The position numbers were made by a program, and so were the translations under genes. From Candidatus Omnitrophota bacterium (GTDB lineage: Bacteria > Omnitrophota > Omnitrophia > Omnitrophales > Aquincolibacteriaceae), in NCBI GenBank assembly GCA_023247035.1, contig JAHFHG010000002.1, positions 12,090 through 76,089 on the forward strand: a stretch of DNA of 64,000 nucleotides, written 5' to 3'. Below, piece by piece: positions 1 to 10,482 of the stretch. The notes beneath the pieces were generated by a model, which worked only from the letters and a program-made list of their open reading frames with translations, was not told where the DNA came from and did not search any database. Each line of letters opens with the position of its first letter. Position 1 is the stretch's first letter.

Positions 1-1
1 C

Positions 2-1159
2 GAAGAAATCTTTATGGTCATGAAGGCGATTACGTTTGCGGTGGTGATTCTCATGGCCTTTACGTTTTTGTACCGCGGATTGAGTTATTCCCGCGTTTAC
101 CTTGTCGCTTTGTGGATTCTTTCCATTTTTTTGGTAAGTTTCGCGCGGTATTTTCTGATCCAATGGGAATACCGGCGGAAGATTCAGAAAAAGCAGCTCA
201 TCCGCGTCCTGATCGTCGGCGTGAATGCCAATGCCCGGAACATTATTCAGTGGGCTAACATCAATCCTCATTACGGCCATCAAGTGATCGGAGTCCTGGC
301 AAAAGACGCCTCTCTTACAGGCAAACATTTGGAGGATGCCGCGATCCTCGGGGAAGCGGATCAGTGCGAGAAATACATTGAAGAGCTGAAACCGGACCGC
401 GTCGTGCTTGTGGATCCTCTGTTCTCAAGGCAGAGGATCGCCGATCTTGTCGCTTTATGTGAAGACCGGATGATTGAATTCAAACTTGCCGCGGACCTCT
501 ACGGGCTGATGACTCAGTCGATCGACGTAGAATACATGAGCCGCGTGCCCCTGCTGGGCTTCCGCTCTCTTCCGCTGGATGACCCGTGGAACTGCGTCGT
601 GAAGAGAGCTTTTGATCTGGCGGTTTCACTGCTCTTGGGCGTCCTCGCGCTTCCGGTTTGGTCTTTTGCGATTTTGCTTATTAAGTTAGACGACGGCGGG
701 CCCGTCTTTTACATTCAGGAACGGATGGGCAGGGATCAGAAAATTTTTCCATTGATCAAGTTTAGAACGATGAAAGTGGACGCGGAAAAGGAAACGGGCC
801 CGGTATGGGCAAAGCCGGATGATAGGCGCCGGACAAGGATCGGAAATTTTCTGAGGCGGTGGAACATTGACGAACTGCCCCAGCTCTTCAATGTGCTGCG
901 GGGCGATATGAGCCTGGTAGGCCCGCGCCCGGAACGCCCTCATTTTATTACGGTGTTTCGAGAATCGATACCCCGGTATATGGCGCGGCATCAAATCAAG
1001 TCGGGGATCACGGGCTGGGCCCAAGTCAACGGCTACCGGGGAGACACTTCCATTCAGGAACGGATTAAATATGATCTTTATTATATGGAAAACTGGTCGC
1101 TTTTGCTGGACATCGAAATCTTGTTTATGACCTTTGTGGCGTATCGGAATGCGTATTAG
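2..1159 (+). CDS. Undecaprenyl-phosphate sugar phosphotransferase (WcaJ-like priming glycosyltransferase), 5'-truncated by the window
   Basis: N-terminal TM helices, CoA-binding-like middle region, C-terminal Bac_transf motifs KRAFD, KFRTM, DELPQLFNVLRGDMSLVGPRPE, GITGWAQVNG; frame is open to the window edge. Confidence 0.92.
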   Translation, partial: EEIFMVMKAITFAVVILMAFTFLYRGLSYSRVYLVALWILSIFLVSFARYFLIQWEYRRKIQKKQLIRVLIVGVNANARNIIQWANINPHYGHQVIGVLAKDASLTGKHLEDAAILGEADQCEKYIEELKPDRVVLVDPLFSRQRIADLVALCEDRMIEFKLAADLYGLMTQSIDVEYMSRVPLLGFRSLPLDDPWNCVVKRAFDLAVSLLLGVLALPVWSFAILLIKLDDGGPVFYIQERMGRDQKIFPLIKFRTMKVDAEKETGPVWAKPDDRRRTRIGNFLRRWNIDELPQLFNVLRGDMSLVGPRPERPHFITVFRESIPRYMARHQIKSGITGWAQVNGYRGDTSIQERIKYDLYYMENWSLLLDIEILFMTFVAYRNAY

Positions 1160-1204
1160 AGGGCTCGAAGTTAAATAACATTTGCAACCGGAGTGAAACG
1201 AATC

Positions 1205-1981
1205 ATGGAAAAAGCACCTGTCTCTGTCGTGATTATCGCGAAGAACGAAGAAAAACGGATCGAGGAATGCCTTAAGAGTGCGGCGTGGGCAAGAGAAATT
1301 GTCGTCCTCGACGATATGAGCACGGATAAGACCGTTGAAAAGGCCCGCCCTTTCACGGATAAAATTTTTCAGCGCGCAATGGATATTGAAGGAAGGCAGC
1401 GCAATTTCGCCTATGAAAAGGCGACGGAGGAATGGGTGCTGAGCCTGGATGCGGACGAGCGCGTAAGCCCTGAATTGGCCTGCGAAATTGCCGAAACGAT
1501 CCGCCGGGATAACGGAAAATTTATCTGTTACGCGATTCCGATCAAGACTTTTATCGGTACGGAGTGGGTCCAGGGCGCGGGATATTACCCGGCCGCCAAG
1601 ACGCGGCTTTTCCGCAGGGGAAAATTCCGTTATGAGGAAGCGCGGGTTCATCCCCGCGCCATTTACGAAGGCGCCTGCGGCCTCCTGAAAGGCGATATCC
1701 TTCATTATTCCTGCCGGGATTTGGAGCATTGGATCGCAAAATTTAACCGCGAGACCACCCTGGAAGCCGACAAATGGATCGCGGACGGACGAAAGGTTAC
1801 GCTGTTTTCAAGCCTCCGCAAAACCGCGGATCGGTTTTTGAAAAATTATTTTCTTAAAAAAGGCTGGCGTTCCGGGTTTATGGGATTTTTGATGTCCGTC
1901 TTTCACGGCCTTTACCAGCTTTTCTCCTACGCGAAATACCGGGAAATGAAAAAAGCCCGGCAGAAAAAAGGGAGCTCCTAA
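1205..1981 (+). CDS. GT2 glycosyltransferase (WaaE/KdtX-like)
   Basis: VSVVIIAKNEE, DDMSTDKT, WVLSLDADE, RVH, GFMGF motifs typical of LPS beta-1,4-glucosyltransferase-like GT2. Confidence 0.88.
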   Translation: MEKAPVSVVIIAKNEEKRIEECLKSAAWAREIVVLDDMSTDKTVEKARPFTDKIFQRAMDIEGRQRNFAYEKATEEWVLSLDADERVSPELACEIAETIRRDNGKFICYAIPIKTFIGTEWVQGAGYYPAAKTRLFRRGKFRYEEARVHPRAIYEGACGLLKGDILHYSCRDLEHWIAKFNRETTLEADKWIADGRKVTLFSSLRKTADRFLKNYFLKKGWRSGFMGFLMSVFHGLYQLFSYAKYREMKKARQKKGSS

Positions 1982-1987
1982 AGACTC

Positions 1988-3124
1988 ATGGCAGAAGAGG
2001 CCGTAAAAATTTCCGTGCCTTATTTTGATCTTACGCGCCAGCGCCGCGAGCTGTCTTCGCAGCTCGAAACGGTTTTGAAGGACGTTTTAGAATCGGGCCA
2101 ATACGTCCTGTCGAGCGCCGTCCGGGACTTTGAAAACGCTTTTGCCCGATTCTGCGGGAGTCCCTATGCCGTGGGCGTAGGTTCAGGGACAGACGCCTTG
2201 ATTTTTGCCCTCAAGGCTTGCGGGATCGAAAAAGGGGATGAAGTCGTCGTCCCTTCTTTCACTTTTATCGCCAGCGCTTTTGGCATTTCTCATGCCGGAG
2301 CCCGGCCTGTTTTTGCGGACGTGGATCCCCGGACTTATACTCTAGATCCCGCCTCCGTCGAAAAAGTTTTAACCCGGCGGACGCGCGCGATTTTACCCGT
2401 TCATTTATACGGCCAGGCCGCGGATATGGAGCCGCTCCTTGCGCTGGCAAAAGAAAAAAAATTAAAAGTCATTGAAGATGCCTGCCAGGCTCACGGCGCC
2501 TTGTGGAAGAATAAAAAAGCCGGAACCCTGGGAGATGCGGGCTGTTTCAGCTTTTATCCTACGAAGAACCTTGGAGCGATCGGAGACGGGGGAATGGTCC
2601 TGACCTCGAAGGCCTCGCGCGCCGAAAGTGTCCGGCGGCTGGGCAATTTGGGACGCACGAGCCTAAAAGATCCGCACTGGGAATTCGGCTGGACGAGCCG
2701 CCTCGATGCGCTGCAGGCGGGAGTTTTGAGCGTCAAGCTGAAATTTTTGGACTCCTTTAATGAAAAACGAAGGAAGATCGCGGAGCGTTACAAAAAAAAT
2801 CTAAAGGATACGCCGCTGGTTCTTCCTTATGAGCGGGAAGATGGCCGGCACGTTTATCATCTTTTCGTGGTCCGGGTCCCGAACCGCCGGCGCGGCCCTT
2901 TGCAAAAATTCCTTCAGGAAGAAGGGGTGCCGACGAGGGTTCATTATCCGCAGCCAATCCACCGGCAGCCTCCTTACCTTGAGTTTGCCAAGGCTTTGAA
3001 ACGCCTTCCGGTTACGGAAATGCTTGCAAAGGAAATCCTCTCGCTTCCGATCTTTCCTGAAATGAAAGAAGAAGAAATTGACCGCGTTTGCGAAGTGATC
3101 AGGCGGTTTTACGGTATGGGTTAA
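1988..3124 (+). CDS. DegT/DnrJ/EryC1/StrS PLP-dependent sugar aminotransferase
   Basis: SGTDAL, PVHLYGQ, IEDACQAHGA, SFYPTKNLGAIGDGG motifs. Confidence 0.93.
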   Translation: MAEEAVKISVPYFDLTRQRRELSSQLETVLKDVLESGQYVLSSAVRDFENAFARFCGSPYAVGVGSGTDALIFALKACGIEKGDEVVVPSFTFIASAFGISHAGARPVFADVDPRTYTLDPASVEKVLTRRTRAILPVHLYGQAADMEPLLALAKEKKLKVIEDACQAHGALWKNKKAGTLGDAGCFSFYPTKNLGAIGDGGMVLTSKASRAESVRRLGNLGRTSLKDPHWEFGWTSRLDALQAGVLSVKLKFLDSFNEKRRKIAERYKKNLKDTPLVLPYEREDGRHVYHLFVVRVPNRRRGPLQKFLQEEGVPTRVHYPQPIHRQPPYLEFAKALKRLPVTEMLAKEILSLPIFPEMKEEEIDRVCEVIRRFYGMG

Positions 3125-3135
3125 TCCAAACTTCA

Positions 3136-3675
3136 ATGGAGAAGATTATTTTCATCGACCGGGACGGAGTCATCAACGTGGACCCGATCGGCGATTACGT
3201 GAAATCCTGGGAGGAGTTCAAATTTGAAAACGGGGCGCTTGAGGGGCTTAAAATTCTCTCGGACCGCGGTTACGGGATCATTTTGATTTCCAATCAGGCG
3301 GGCATCGGCGACGGTGTTTTTTCCAAAGAAACCTTAGACGATATTCACCGGAAGATGCTGGAAGTCTTTGCCGGCCGGGGTATCCGGATACGCTCCTCGC
3401 ACTACTGCCTGCACGGCAAAAATGCAGGCTGCAAATGCCGCAAACCCGAAACCGGATTATTCCAGGCCGCCGTGAAGGGGATACAATATGATCCGCAGCG
3501 GACTTTTTTGATAGGAGATAAGGCAACCGATATGGAGGCCGGCGTCCGGTTCGGGATCAAGACTATTTTTGTACGGACCGGACACGGAATTTTTGACGAA
3601 CCCCGGCTTGAGGGAAGATTCAAACCGGATTTTATCGCCGATTCGCTCACGGATGCCGTAAAACTTTTACCATGA
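3136..3675 (+). CDS. gmhB: D-glycero-D-manno-heptose 1,7-bisphosphate phosphatase (HAD-IIIA)
   Basis: FIDRDGVIN, SNQAGI, CLH...CKCRKP, IGDKATD. Confidence 0.85.
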   Translation: MEKIIFIDRDGVINVDPIGDYVKSWEEFKFENGALEGLKILSDRGYGIILISNQAGIGDGVFSKETLDDIHRKMLEVFAGRGIRIRSSHYCLHGKNAGCKCRKPETGLFQAAVKGIQYDPQRTFLIGDKATDMEAGVRFGIKTIFVRTGHGIFDEPRLEGRFKPDFIADSLTDAVKLLP

Positions 3676-4808
3676 AAATTTTAATTTTTCACGCCCCGGC
3701 CGGGCACGGGCACCGCCAGGTCGCGGAAGTCATCGCCGAGACCTTTCGAAAGCGCGGCTTTTCTTCCGACGAAGTAAAAGTCACGGACGCGCTGGAATCG
3801 ACCCCCTTTTTTTTCAAAAAGTCCTACCCTGCCGTTTATTTTAATGCGGTCAAATACCTTCCCAAGATTTGGGGCTGGGTCTATGAGACCTTGGACCGGC
3901 CCGGAATTTACCGGTTTTTAAGGCCTTTGCGTCGTTTTTTTAACAGGCTCACGGGCGCCAGGCTCCTCGGCGAGGTTATCGCTCAAGGGCCGGACGTTAT
4001 CATCTGCGCTCATTTTTTTTCCGCGGAACTTTTTGCGACCGCCAAAAAAAGAGGCGAACTCAACGCCCTGCTGGTTACGGTCATTACGGATTTTTATCCC
4101 CATAGCTTTTGGGTCAATGACGGGACCGACGTTTACTGGGTGATGAGCGAGGAAGGAAAAATGGCCTTAAAAGAGCGCGGGGTGGATGAAAAACAGATTC
4201 ATCCCGGAGGAATTCCGGTCGCGTACGCCTTTAAGCCTTCGGGGCGCAAAGAGGAACTCTTGCGAAGATGGAATTTTTCCAAGGAAAGGATGACGCTTCT
4301 TTTCACAAGCGGCAGCTTCGGCCTGGGTTCGCAAGGGCTTTTATTAAAAGCCCTCGAGCCGTTCAAAGATAAAATCCAATGTTTTGTCGTCTGCGGAATG
4401 AATGAAAAATTGAATACGCTGCTGCGCGCGCGGGCTTTTGAATTTCCCGTTCAAGTTTTCGGATTTGTCCATTTTATGGCCGATCTGATGGAAGCCAGCG
4501 ACCTGATCCTCACCAAATGCGGCGGCTCAACCACCACCGAAGCCCTCGCCAAAGGCGTCCCGATAGTCGTGATGGATCCGATTCCCGGCCAGGAAACGCG
4601 CAACGCCCATTTATTAAAAGCGCGCAACGCCGCTTTTTTCATCGAAAAGCCGGATCAAATTTTTCTTATCCTCAAAGTCATTTTTGAACACCCTGAAATC
4701 CTCGCGGCAAAACATTCCGAGATTCAGCAACTCGCAAAACCCAATGCCGCCGATGACCTCGTCACATTCATTTTAGAGCTTTTAAAAAAGGCGGCGCATG
4801 AAATCTAA
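3672..4808 (+). CDS. MGDG synthase/UgtP-like GT28 glycosyltransferase
   Basis: GHGH N-terminal motif, TVITDFYPHSFW, GIPV, TKCGGSTTTEA, PIPGQETRN. Confidence 0.85.
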   Translation: MKILIFHAPAGHGHRQVAEVIAETFRKRGFSSDEVKVTDALESTPFFFKKSYPAVYFNAVKYLPKIWGWVYETLDRPGIYRFLRPLRRFFNRLTGARLLGEVIAQGPDVIICAHFFSAELFATAKKRGELNALLVTVITDFYPHSFWVNDGTDVYWVMSEEGKMALKERGVDEKQIHPGGIPVAYAFKPSGRKEELLRRWNFSKERMTLLFTSGSFGLGSQGLLLKALEPFKDKIQCFVVCGMNEKLNTLLRARAFEFPVQVFGFVHFMADLMEASDLILTKCGGSTTTEALAKGVPIVVMDPIPGQETRNAHLLKARNAAFFIEKPDQIFLILKVIFEHPEILAAKHSEIQQLAKPNAADDLVTFILELLKKAAHEI

Positions 4809-5490
4809 AGAAGCCCGTCTTTTTTTGAAATCCCTGAAAGAAGACGGGATCGAAGAAATTTATAGCGATCCTGCCGGACGAAAATCCCCTTCCGTTCCAG
4901 CGCCGGAACAAAACCGAATCCGATCGCCTGAGAAGGAATGGTTTCTGTTAAAAGAAAAAGCGGAGACGTGCACTTTATGCCGGGAACTTGCGGCCAAACG
5001 GAAAAAGGTCGTGTTCGGGGCGGGCAACGCCGGCGCAAAACTGATGTTTGTCGGCGAGGCGCCCGGATACGAAGAAGACGTGCAGGGGCTTCCTTTTGTC
5101 GGAGCGGCGGGCCAGCTTCTGACAAAAATCATTGAATCCATCGGCCTTAGGCGCGAGGAGGTCTTCATCGCCAATGTTTTAAAATGCCGGCCGCCCGCCA
5201 ACCGCCAGCCCAAACCGGATGAAATCTTGAATTGCGAGCCCTACCTGTTAAAGCAAATTGAGTTGATCCAACCCCAGATCCTCTGCGCGCTCGGGACGTT
5301 TGCGGCGCAAACGCTCCTTAAGACGGGAGAATCCATCTCGAGCCTTCGCGGGCGCTTTCACGACTTGCGCGGGATCAAGGTGATGTGTACTTATCACCCG
5401 GCTTATCTCTTGCGCAACCCGGGCGACAAGCGCAAAGTTTGGGAGGATATGAAAAAAATCAAGAAGGAATTGGAGGCCTTCGCCGCGTGA
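4798..5490 (+). CDS. Uracil-DNA glycosylase family 4 (Fe-S)
   Basis: CxxC, VGEAPGYEEDVQGLPFVG, NVLKCRPP, TYHPAYLLRN. Confidence 0.95.
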   Translation: MKSKEARLFLKSLKEDGIEEIYSDPAGRKSPSVPAPEQNRIRSPEKEWFLLKEKAETCTLCRELAAKRKKVVFGAGNAGAKLMFVGEAPGYEEDVQGLPFVGAAGQLLTKIIESIGLRREEVFIANVLKCRPPANRQPKPDEILNCEPYLLKQIELIQPQILCALGTFAAQTLLKTGESISSLRGRFHDLRGIKVMCTYHPAYLLRNPGDKRKVWEDMKKIKKELEAFAA

Positions 5491-7601
5491 CGGAGTTACT
5501 GAGCCGGACGGGAATTTGCGTGGATGTTGCCGTGCCTCTTCCGGTCGAGGGATTATTTTCATATCTCGCCCCGGTCCAGGAGGAGGGAAAAAAAATCCAG
5601 GCCGGCGTCCGCGTGCGTATTCCGTTCCGCAACCGCGAAATGATCGGCTATTTAGTCGGCCAGCGTCCGGCGCGGGAAGGGGAGAATCTCAAATCCGTGA
5701 TCCAAATCTTGGATGAAGCCCCTGTTCTTTCCCCGGTGATGCTTGAGCTGACCCGGTGGATCAGCAGTTATTACGGTTCAAGCTGGGGAGAGGCGATCGA
5801 GAACGCGCTTCCGCGCTGGGTAAAATATGGAAAAAAGGCGCTCGATCATTTGGAACGGCGCAAGGAGGAAGAAACCGGCGCAGGCCCGGCCCTTGGCGCT
5901 CCGGAGCCGGAGAACCGAAAACTTTCGGCCGCCCAGACCCGGGCTTTAGACGTTATCAAAAACGCTTTAAATACTCCTCACCCCAAACCGGTTTTGATCT
6001 ACGGAGTGACCGGGAGCGGGAAAAGTGAAATTTATATCCGGGCCATTCAAGAGGTGTTGAAAAGAAACCAATCCGCGATTTGCCTTGTGCCCGAGATCGC
6101 GCTCACCGAGCAGATCCGGCGTTTTTTCCTTCACCATTTCGGCGGCGAGCTGGAAATTCTGCACAGTAAATTGAGCGACGGGGAGAGGTTCCTTGCCTGG
6201 AAACGGCTTGAACAAGGAACCCGGAAGGTCGTCCTGGGTCCGCGCTCCGCCGTTTTTGCTCCTGTCCCGAACCTGGGCCTTATTATTATGGACGAGGAGC
6301 ATGAAGGGACTTATAAGCAGGAAACCTCACCCCGTTATCACGCCCGTGAAGTTGCGGCCTGGCGCGCCCGCCGCGAAAACGCGCTCTTGATGATGGGAAC
6401 CGCGACTCCCTCGCTGGAATCCATGTTCCGCGCGGAGCACGGTGAAATCGATTGTGTCCGCCTGGAGTCGCGGATTGATGAAAAACAAATGCCGCAGGTC
6501 CAGCTTTTGGATTTGAAGGATGAGATCAATCAGCGCAAAAAAGCCGCGATTTTGACGCCTCGCCTTATTGCCGAACTCGAGTTGAATCTGCGAAAAAAAG
6601 AAGGGACGCTCTTGCTGTTGAACCGCCGCGGATTTTCGACTCATATCAATTGCCCCCGATGCGGGTCGGTTGAGACGTGCAGCTCCTGCCACGTTTCACT
6701 GACTTTTCATCAGGAAGAAGAATCCCTTTTGTGCCATTACTGCAATTATCAGAAGCCCGTTTCGCGGGAGTGCTCCCAATGCCGAACCCCGGTCCTGCGT
6801 TTTGGAGGATTCGGCACGGAAAAAGTGGAAAGCGAGGTCGCCAGACATTTCCCCGCCGCGCGCATCGCCCGGATGGACGCCGACAGCGTGCGCAGGAAAG
6901 GCTCGCACGAAGAAATCCTCAAGGATTTCAGAGACCGTAAATACGACATCCTGATCGGGACGCAAATGATCGCCAAGGGTTTTGATTTTCCCCACGTCAC
7001 GCTGGTCGGAGTGATCCTGGCCGATGTCGGGCTCATGCTGCCGGATTTCCGGTCCGCGGAAAGGACTTTCCAGTTGCTGACCCAAGTCGCAGGCCGAGCG
7101 GGAAGGGGAGCGGCGCCGGGCCGGGTTTTTATTCAAACTTTTTCTCCGAGCCATCCGAGCATCCGGTTCGCCAAAGACCACGACTATATGAGTTTTTATA
7201 AACAGGAAAGCCGGGAGCGTTTTCAATACCGCTATCCGCCGGTTTGCCGCTTAATCAATATCATTGTCCGGTCGAAATCCGAAAATCCGGCCTACCTCCA
7301 CGCCCGCGCGATCCGCGATTCCCTGAAGCAGGCGCTTACGTTAAATCCTTCTGAGGAGGCCGCGGCGAACGGATCTTCCAATTCTTTTTCACCGCCCGAT
7401 CCTTTGCAATCCCTTGAGATTATCGGCCCTGCGCCGCTTCCTTTTTACAAACTCCGCGGGCATTACCGCTGGCATATTATGATTAAAATTCCCCGTCTTT
7501 CGGCGGAACTTCCGGCAGCCGTCAAGGCCGTTGTTTCCAAACTAAAAAAGCCTTCGAATGTCGCTTATGCCCTCGATATCGACCCGCTGAATATTCTCTA
7601 A
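5487..7601 (+). CDS. priA: Primosomal protein N' (replication restart helicase)
   Basis: GVTGSGKSE Walker A, DEEHE, four CxxC zinc motifs, GTQMIAKGFDFP, QVAGRAGRG; GTG start overlaps the udg stop. Confidence 0.97.
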   Translation: MTELLSRTGICVDVAVPLPVEGLFSYLAPVQEEGKKIQAGVRVRIPFRNREMIGYLVGQRPAREGENLKSVIQILDEAPVLSPVMLELTRWISSYYGSSWGEAIENALPRWVKYGKKALDHLERRKEEETGAGPALGAPEPENRKLSAAQTRALDVIKNALNTPHPKPVLIYGVTGSGKSEIYIRAIQEVLKRNQSAICLVPEIALTEQIRRFFLHHFGGELEILHSKLSDGERFLAWKRLEQGTRKVVLGPRSAVFAPVPNLGLIIMDEEHEGTYKQETSPRYHAREVAAWRARRENALLMMGTATPSLESMFRAEHGEIDCVRLESRIDEKQMPQVQLLDLKDEINQRKKAAILTPRLIAELELNLRKKEGTLLLLNRRGFSTHINCPRCGSVETCSSCHVSLTFHQEEESLLCHYCNYQKPVSRECSQCRTPVLRFGGFGTEKVESEVARHFPAARIARMDADSVRRKGSHEEILKDFRDRKYDILIGTQMIAKGFDFPHVTLVGVILADVGLMLPDFRSAERTFQLLTQVAGRAGRGAAPGRVFIQTFSPSHPSIRFAKDHDYMSFYKQESRERFQYRYPPVCRLINIIVRSKSENPAYLHARAIRDSLKQALTLNPSEEAAANGSSNSFSPPDPLQSLEIIGPAPLPFYKLRGHYRWHIMIKIPRLSAELPAAVKAVVSKLKKPSNVAYALDIDPLNIL

Positions 7602-7621
7602 AAGCGCGATTTACAAGCGCG

Positions 7622-7658
7622 ATTGAATTTGCGCGAACCTATAGGGGGGTGATACAAT
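7622..7658 (+). promoter_or_regulatory. Putative sigma-70 promoter for def-fmt (extended -10)
   Basis: TGaTACAAT at ~7650-7658, just upstream of the def ATG; TTG-containing hexamers further upstream. Confidence 0.4.
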
Positions 7659-7668
7659 CCCGTCATTT

Positions 7669-8157
7669 ATGGCGCTTCTGAAAATCCGAACCTATCCCGA
7701 TCCTATTTTGAACAAAAAGGCCGAGCCGCTCACCGATTTTGGCCCCGACACGCAGCGTCTTTTCGACGATATGATTCAGACGATGTACGTCGAAGACGGC
7801 GTGGGATTGGCCGCGCCGCAGGTCGGCATTTCCAAACGGATTTTGATCGCTTCGCCGGCGATGAAACAGGGCGAAGAGTTCGTGATCGTGAATCCCGAAG
7901 TTTATTCTTTTTCCGGCCGCGAGTCCGGAATCGAAGGGTGCCTGAGCCTGCCGGGCATCAGCGGGGAGGTCGTGCGCGCCCAAAAAATACGCGTGCGTTA
8001 TCAGGACCGTTTTGGGAAAGCCTTCGATCTCGAAGCCAAGGATTTTTTTGCGCGGATTATCCAGCACGAAATAGATCATTTAGACGGGATTCTGCTTATC
8101 GACCGCCTCAACTTCCATCAACGCCAGGAAGCGCTGGCCCAGTACAAACGTTTCTAA
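7669..8157 (+). CDS. def: Peptide deformylase
   Basis: GVGLAAPQ, EGCLS, QHEIDHLDG. Confidence 0.97.
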   Translation: MALLKIRTYPDPILNKKAEPLTDFGPDTQRLFDDMIQTMYVEDGVGLAAPQVGISKRILIASPAMKQGEEFVIVNPEVYSFSGRESGIEGCLSLPGISGEVVRAQKIRVRYQDRFGKAFDLEAKDFFARIIQHEIDHLDGILLIDRLNFHQRQEALAQYKRF

Positions 8158-8158
8158 T

Positions 8159-9133
8159 TTGACTCTTCTTTTTTTTGGTTCCTCCGACTTTTCCCTGGCC
8201 GCCCTGCGCGCTTGCCTTGACCTCTCCGCGAAAATTCTTCTTGTGATTACGACACCGGACCGCCGGAAGGGAAGAGGCCTCAAGGAAAGCCCGAATCCCG
8301 TCAAACGATTTGCGGAGCGCCGCAATATTTCCGTTCTTGCTCCGGAAAATTTAAAATCAAACGAACTCATCGAGAGAGTCGTCCCGTTCAAGCCCGATCT
8401 TTTTGTCGTCTCCTCTTACGGCAAGATGATCCCTTCAAGCTGGCTTGCGATCCCTTCAAAGCTTGCCCTGAATGTCCATCCTTCTCTGCTTCCTAAATAC
8501 AGGGGCGCCGCGCCTATCAACTGGGCCATTCTGAATGGAGAACCCGAGACCGGCGTCAGCATTGCGGAAGTGACCGGCGAGATCGATCAAGGGGATATTT
8601 TTTATCAGAAAAAGATTCCTCTGGAAGATTCCTTCGACGCCCAGTCGCTTACGCAAAAGCTGGCGGATCTTTCTTATGAAGCGCTCGCTTCCGTATTAAA
8701 GACAATCCGGGAAAATAAAGAAGCAGCCCGGACAAAGCAGGATCATGCCCTGTCTTCTTACGCGCCAAAGCTTAAAAAAGAAGACGGCCTTATCGATTGG
8801 AAAAAATCCGCCGTCGACCTGTTTAATCTCATACGGGGTTTGCAGCCCTGGCCCGGAGCTTACGCCGGCGCGGGTTCAGAGCAGATTCAAATCTTGAAGG
8901 CCTCGGTGAAGGATCGCTCGGAAGCGCCGGGCCAATGCGATGCCGGAACGGTTCTCTCTATTGAGAAGCAAGGAATCCTTCGGGTTCAGACCGGAAAAGG
9001 AGTTTTGGATATCGAAAGAGTCCGGCCCGCAGGGCGGAAAGAAATGAGCGGCGCGGATTTTGCCCGCGGAAAGCGTCTTCAGCCGGGTTTTCTATTCACA
9101 GTATCTTCCCGCCTGCCGGGAGCGGGTTCATAA
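8159..9133 (+). CDS. fmt: Methionyl-tRNA formyltransferase
   Basis: NVHPSLLPKYRGAAPI, follows def; TTG start. Confidence 0.95.
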   Translation: MTLLFFGSSDFSLAALRACLDLSAKILLVITTPDRRKGRGLKESPNPVKRFAERRNISVLAPENLKSNELIERVVPFKPDLFVVSSYGKMIPSSWLAIPSKLALNVHPSLLPKYRGAAPINWAILNGEPETGVSIAEVTGEIDQGDIFYQKKIPLEDSFDAQSLTQKLADLSYEALASVLKTIRENKEAARTKQDHALSSYAPKLKKEDGLIDWKKSAVDLFNLIRGLQPWPGAYAGAGSEQIQILKASVKDRSEAPGQCDAGTVLSIEKQGILRVQTGKGVLDIERVRPAGRKEMSGADFARGKRLQPGFLFTVSSRLPGAGS

Positions 9134-9134
9134 A

Positions 9135-10256
9135 ATGAAGATTCTGCATTTGACGACCCACCTGAATATCGGAGGCATCACGACTTATATTTTGAGGTTG
9201 ATCCGCCCCTTCAGACAAAACGGCATAGAGACTTTTGTCCTCTCCAGCGGCGGAACTTGCACGGCAATGCTCAGGGCCGCCGGGGCGACTGTTTTTGAAC
9301 TTCCGATCCGGACCAAAAGCGAGCTGAATCCCAAGATTTATTGGGCGATTCCAAAGATCCGAAGAATCATCAGGGAAAACAAAATTGATATTTTGCACGC
9401 CCACACGCGTGTGACGCAGGTTGTGGCATTTTGGATTCAGAAAGCGACCGGTATTCCCGTGGTGACAACATGCCACGGATTTTATAAACGCCGGCTGGGC
9501 AGAAGGATCCTCCCGGCCTGGGGGGATCGGGTGATTGGAATCAGCCAGGGCGTGGCCGGCCATCTCCAGCAAGATCATAAGGTGGGGTTGGAGCGGATCG
9601 TGACTGTCAATAATGGCGTTGATATCGAAGAATTGGACAGGGCTTATGCCGGCCACGATTCCGTAAAGACCAAAGAGGAGTTTGGATTCCTCCGCCGAGA
9701 TCCCGTGGTGGGAATTGTTGCCCGGCTCGTGGCCGACAAGGGGCACGAATATCTCATACGGGCTATCGACCTATTGCGGAAAAAACATCCGGATATCCGG
9801 CTTTTAATTGTAGGCGACGGAATCCAAAAGAATTATTTGCAGCAGATCACTTCCCAATTGGAGCTTCATCAGCACGTGTTTTTTTTGGGGAGCGTTTCAG
9901 ATGTGACCCGACCTTTGGCGGCAATAGATATTTTCGCTTTCCCGGCGACGTGGCGCGAAGGATTCGGCCTAAGTATTGTTGAAGCGATGGCTTGCCGCAA
10001 ACCCGTTATCGTTTCAAATATTTGGGCCTTGAATTCTTTGATTCTCGACCAATCCACCGGCGTTCTGATTGAGCCCAAGAAAATCGAGCCGCTTGCCGAA
10101 GCCATTTCCGAGCTGATCCGCAATCCCGATAAAAGAGCGAAGATCGGCAGGGCAGGCAGGGAAATGGTCGAAGCGTCCTTCTCTGTCTCTCGAATGGCCT
10201 TGGAAATCCAGCAGATTTACCAAGGCCTCCTGCCGCTCGATACCCAACGAACTTGA
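9135..10256 (+). CDS. GT4 glycosyltransferase
   Basis: GGI, HAH, TTCHG, ARLVADKGH, EGFGLSIVEAMAC. Confidence 0.92.
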   Translation: MKILHLTTHLNIGGITTYILRLIRPFRQNGIETFVLSSGGTCTAMLRAAGATVFELPIRTKSELNPKIYWAIPKIRRIIRENKIDILHAHTRVTQVVAFWIQKATGIPVVTTCHGFYKRRLGRRILPAWGDRVIGISQGVAGHLQQDHKVGLERIVTVNNGVDIEELDRAYAGHDSVKTKEEFGFLRRDPVVGIVARLVADKGHEYLIRAIDLLRKKHPDIRLLIVGDGIQKNYLQQITSQLELHQHVFFLGSVSDVTRPLAAIDIFAFPATWREGFGLSIVEAMACRKPVIVSNIWALNSLILDQSTGVLIEPKKIEPLAEAISELIRNPDKRAKIGRAGREMVEASFSVSRMALEIQQIYQGLLPLDTQRT

Positions 10257-10482
10257 GTCTGCGAAAGCTGGAGGCGCCTCTCGTAGAGCGAGGAATCGCC
10301 GCGAAAAGTTCGCAATCCTAATTTCGGCAGGTATCGCAGGGCCGGATTGAAACTCCCGCGCCGAAATAACGTAGGAAATCGCCTTACGGTTGCTTAAAAC
10401 CCCCGAAAGGAACTTTCCATTTTCAAAATCACCCCGTATACTTGATTCAGAGAGAGAGGATTTTCGTAAACGATAAAGCCAG

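Noticed and set aside
686-1729. 347-aa minus-strand ORF
   Set aside because: Antisense shadow of two well-supported + strand genes; no recognisable motifs.
10251-10450. acttgagtctgcgaa resembling a MITE A end, plus atttcggc/gccgaaat inverted pair
   Set aside because: No matching right TIR or target duplication found.
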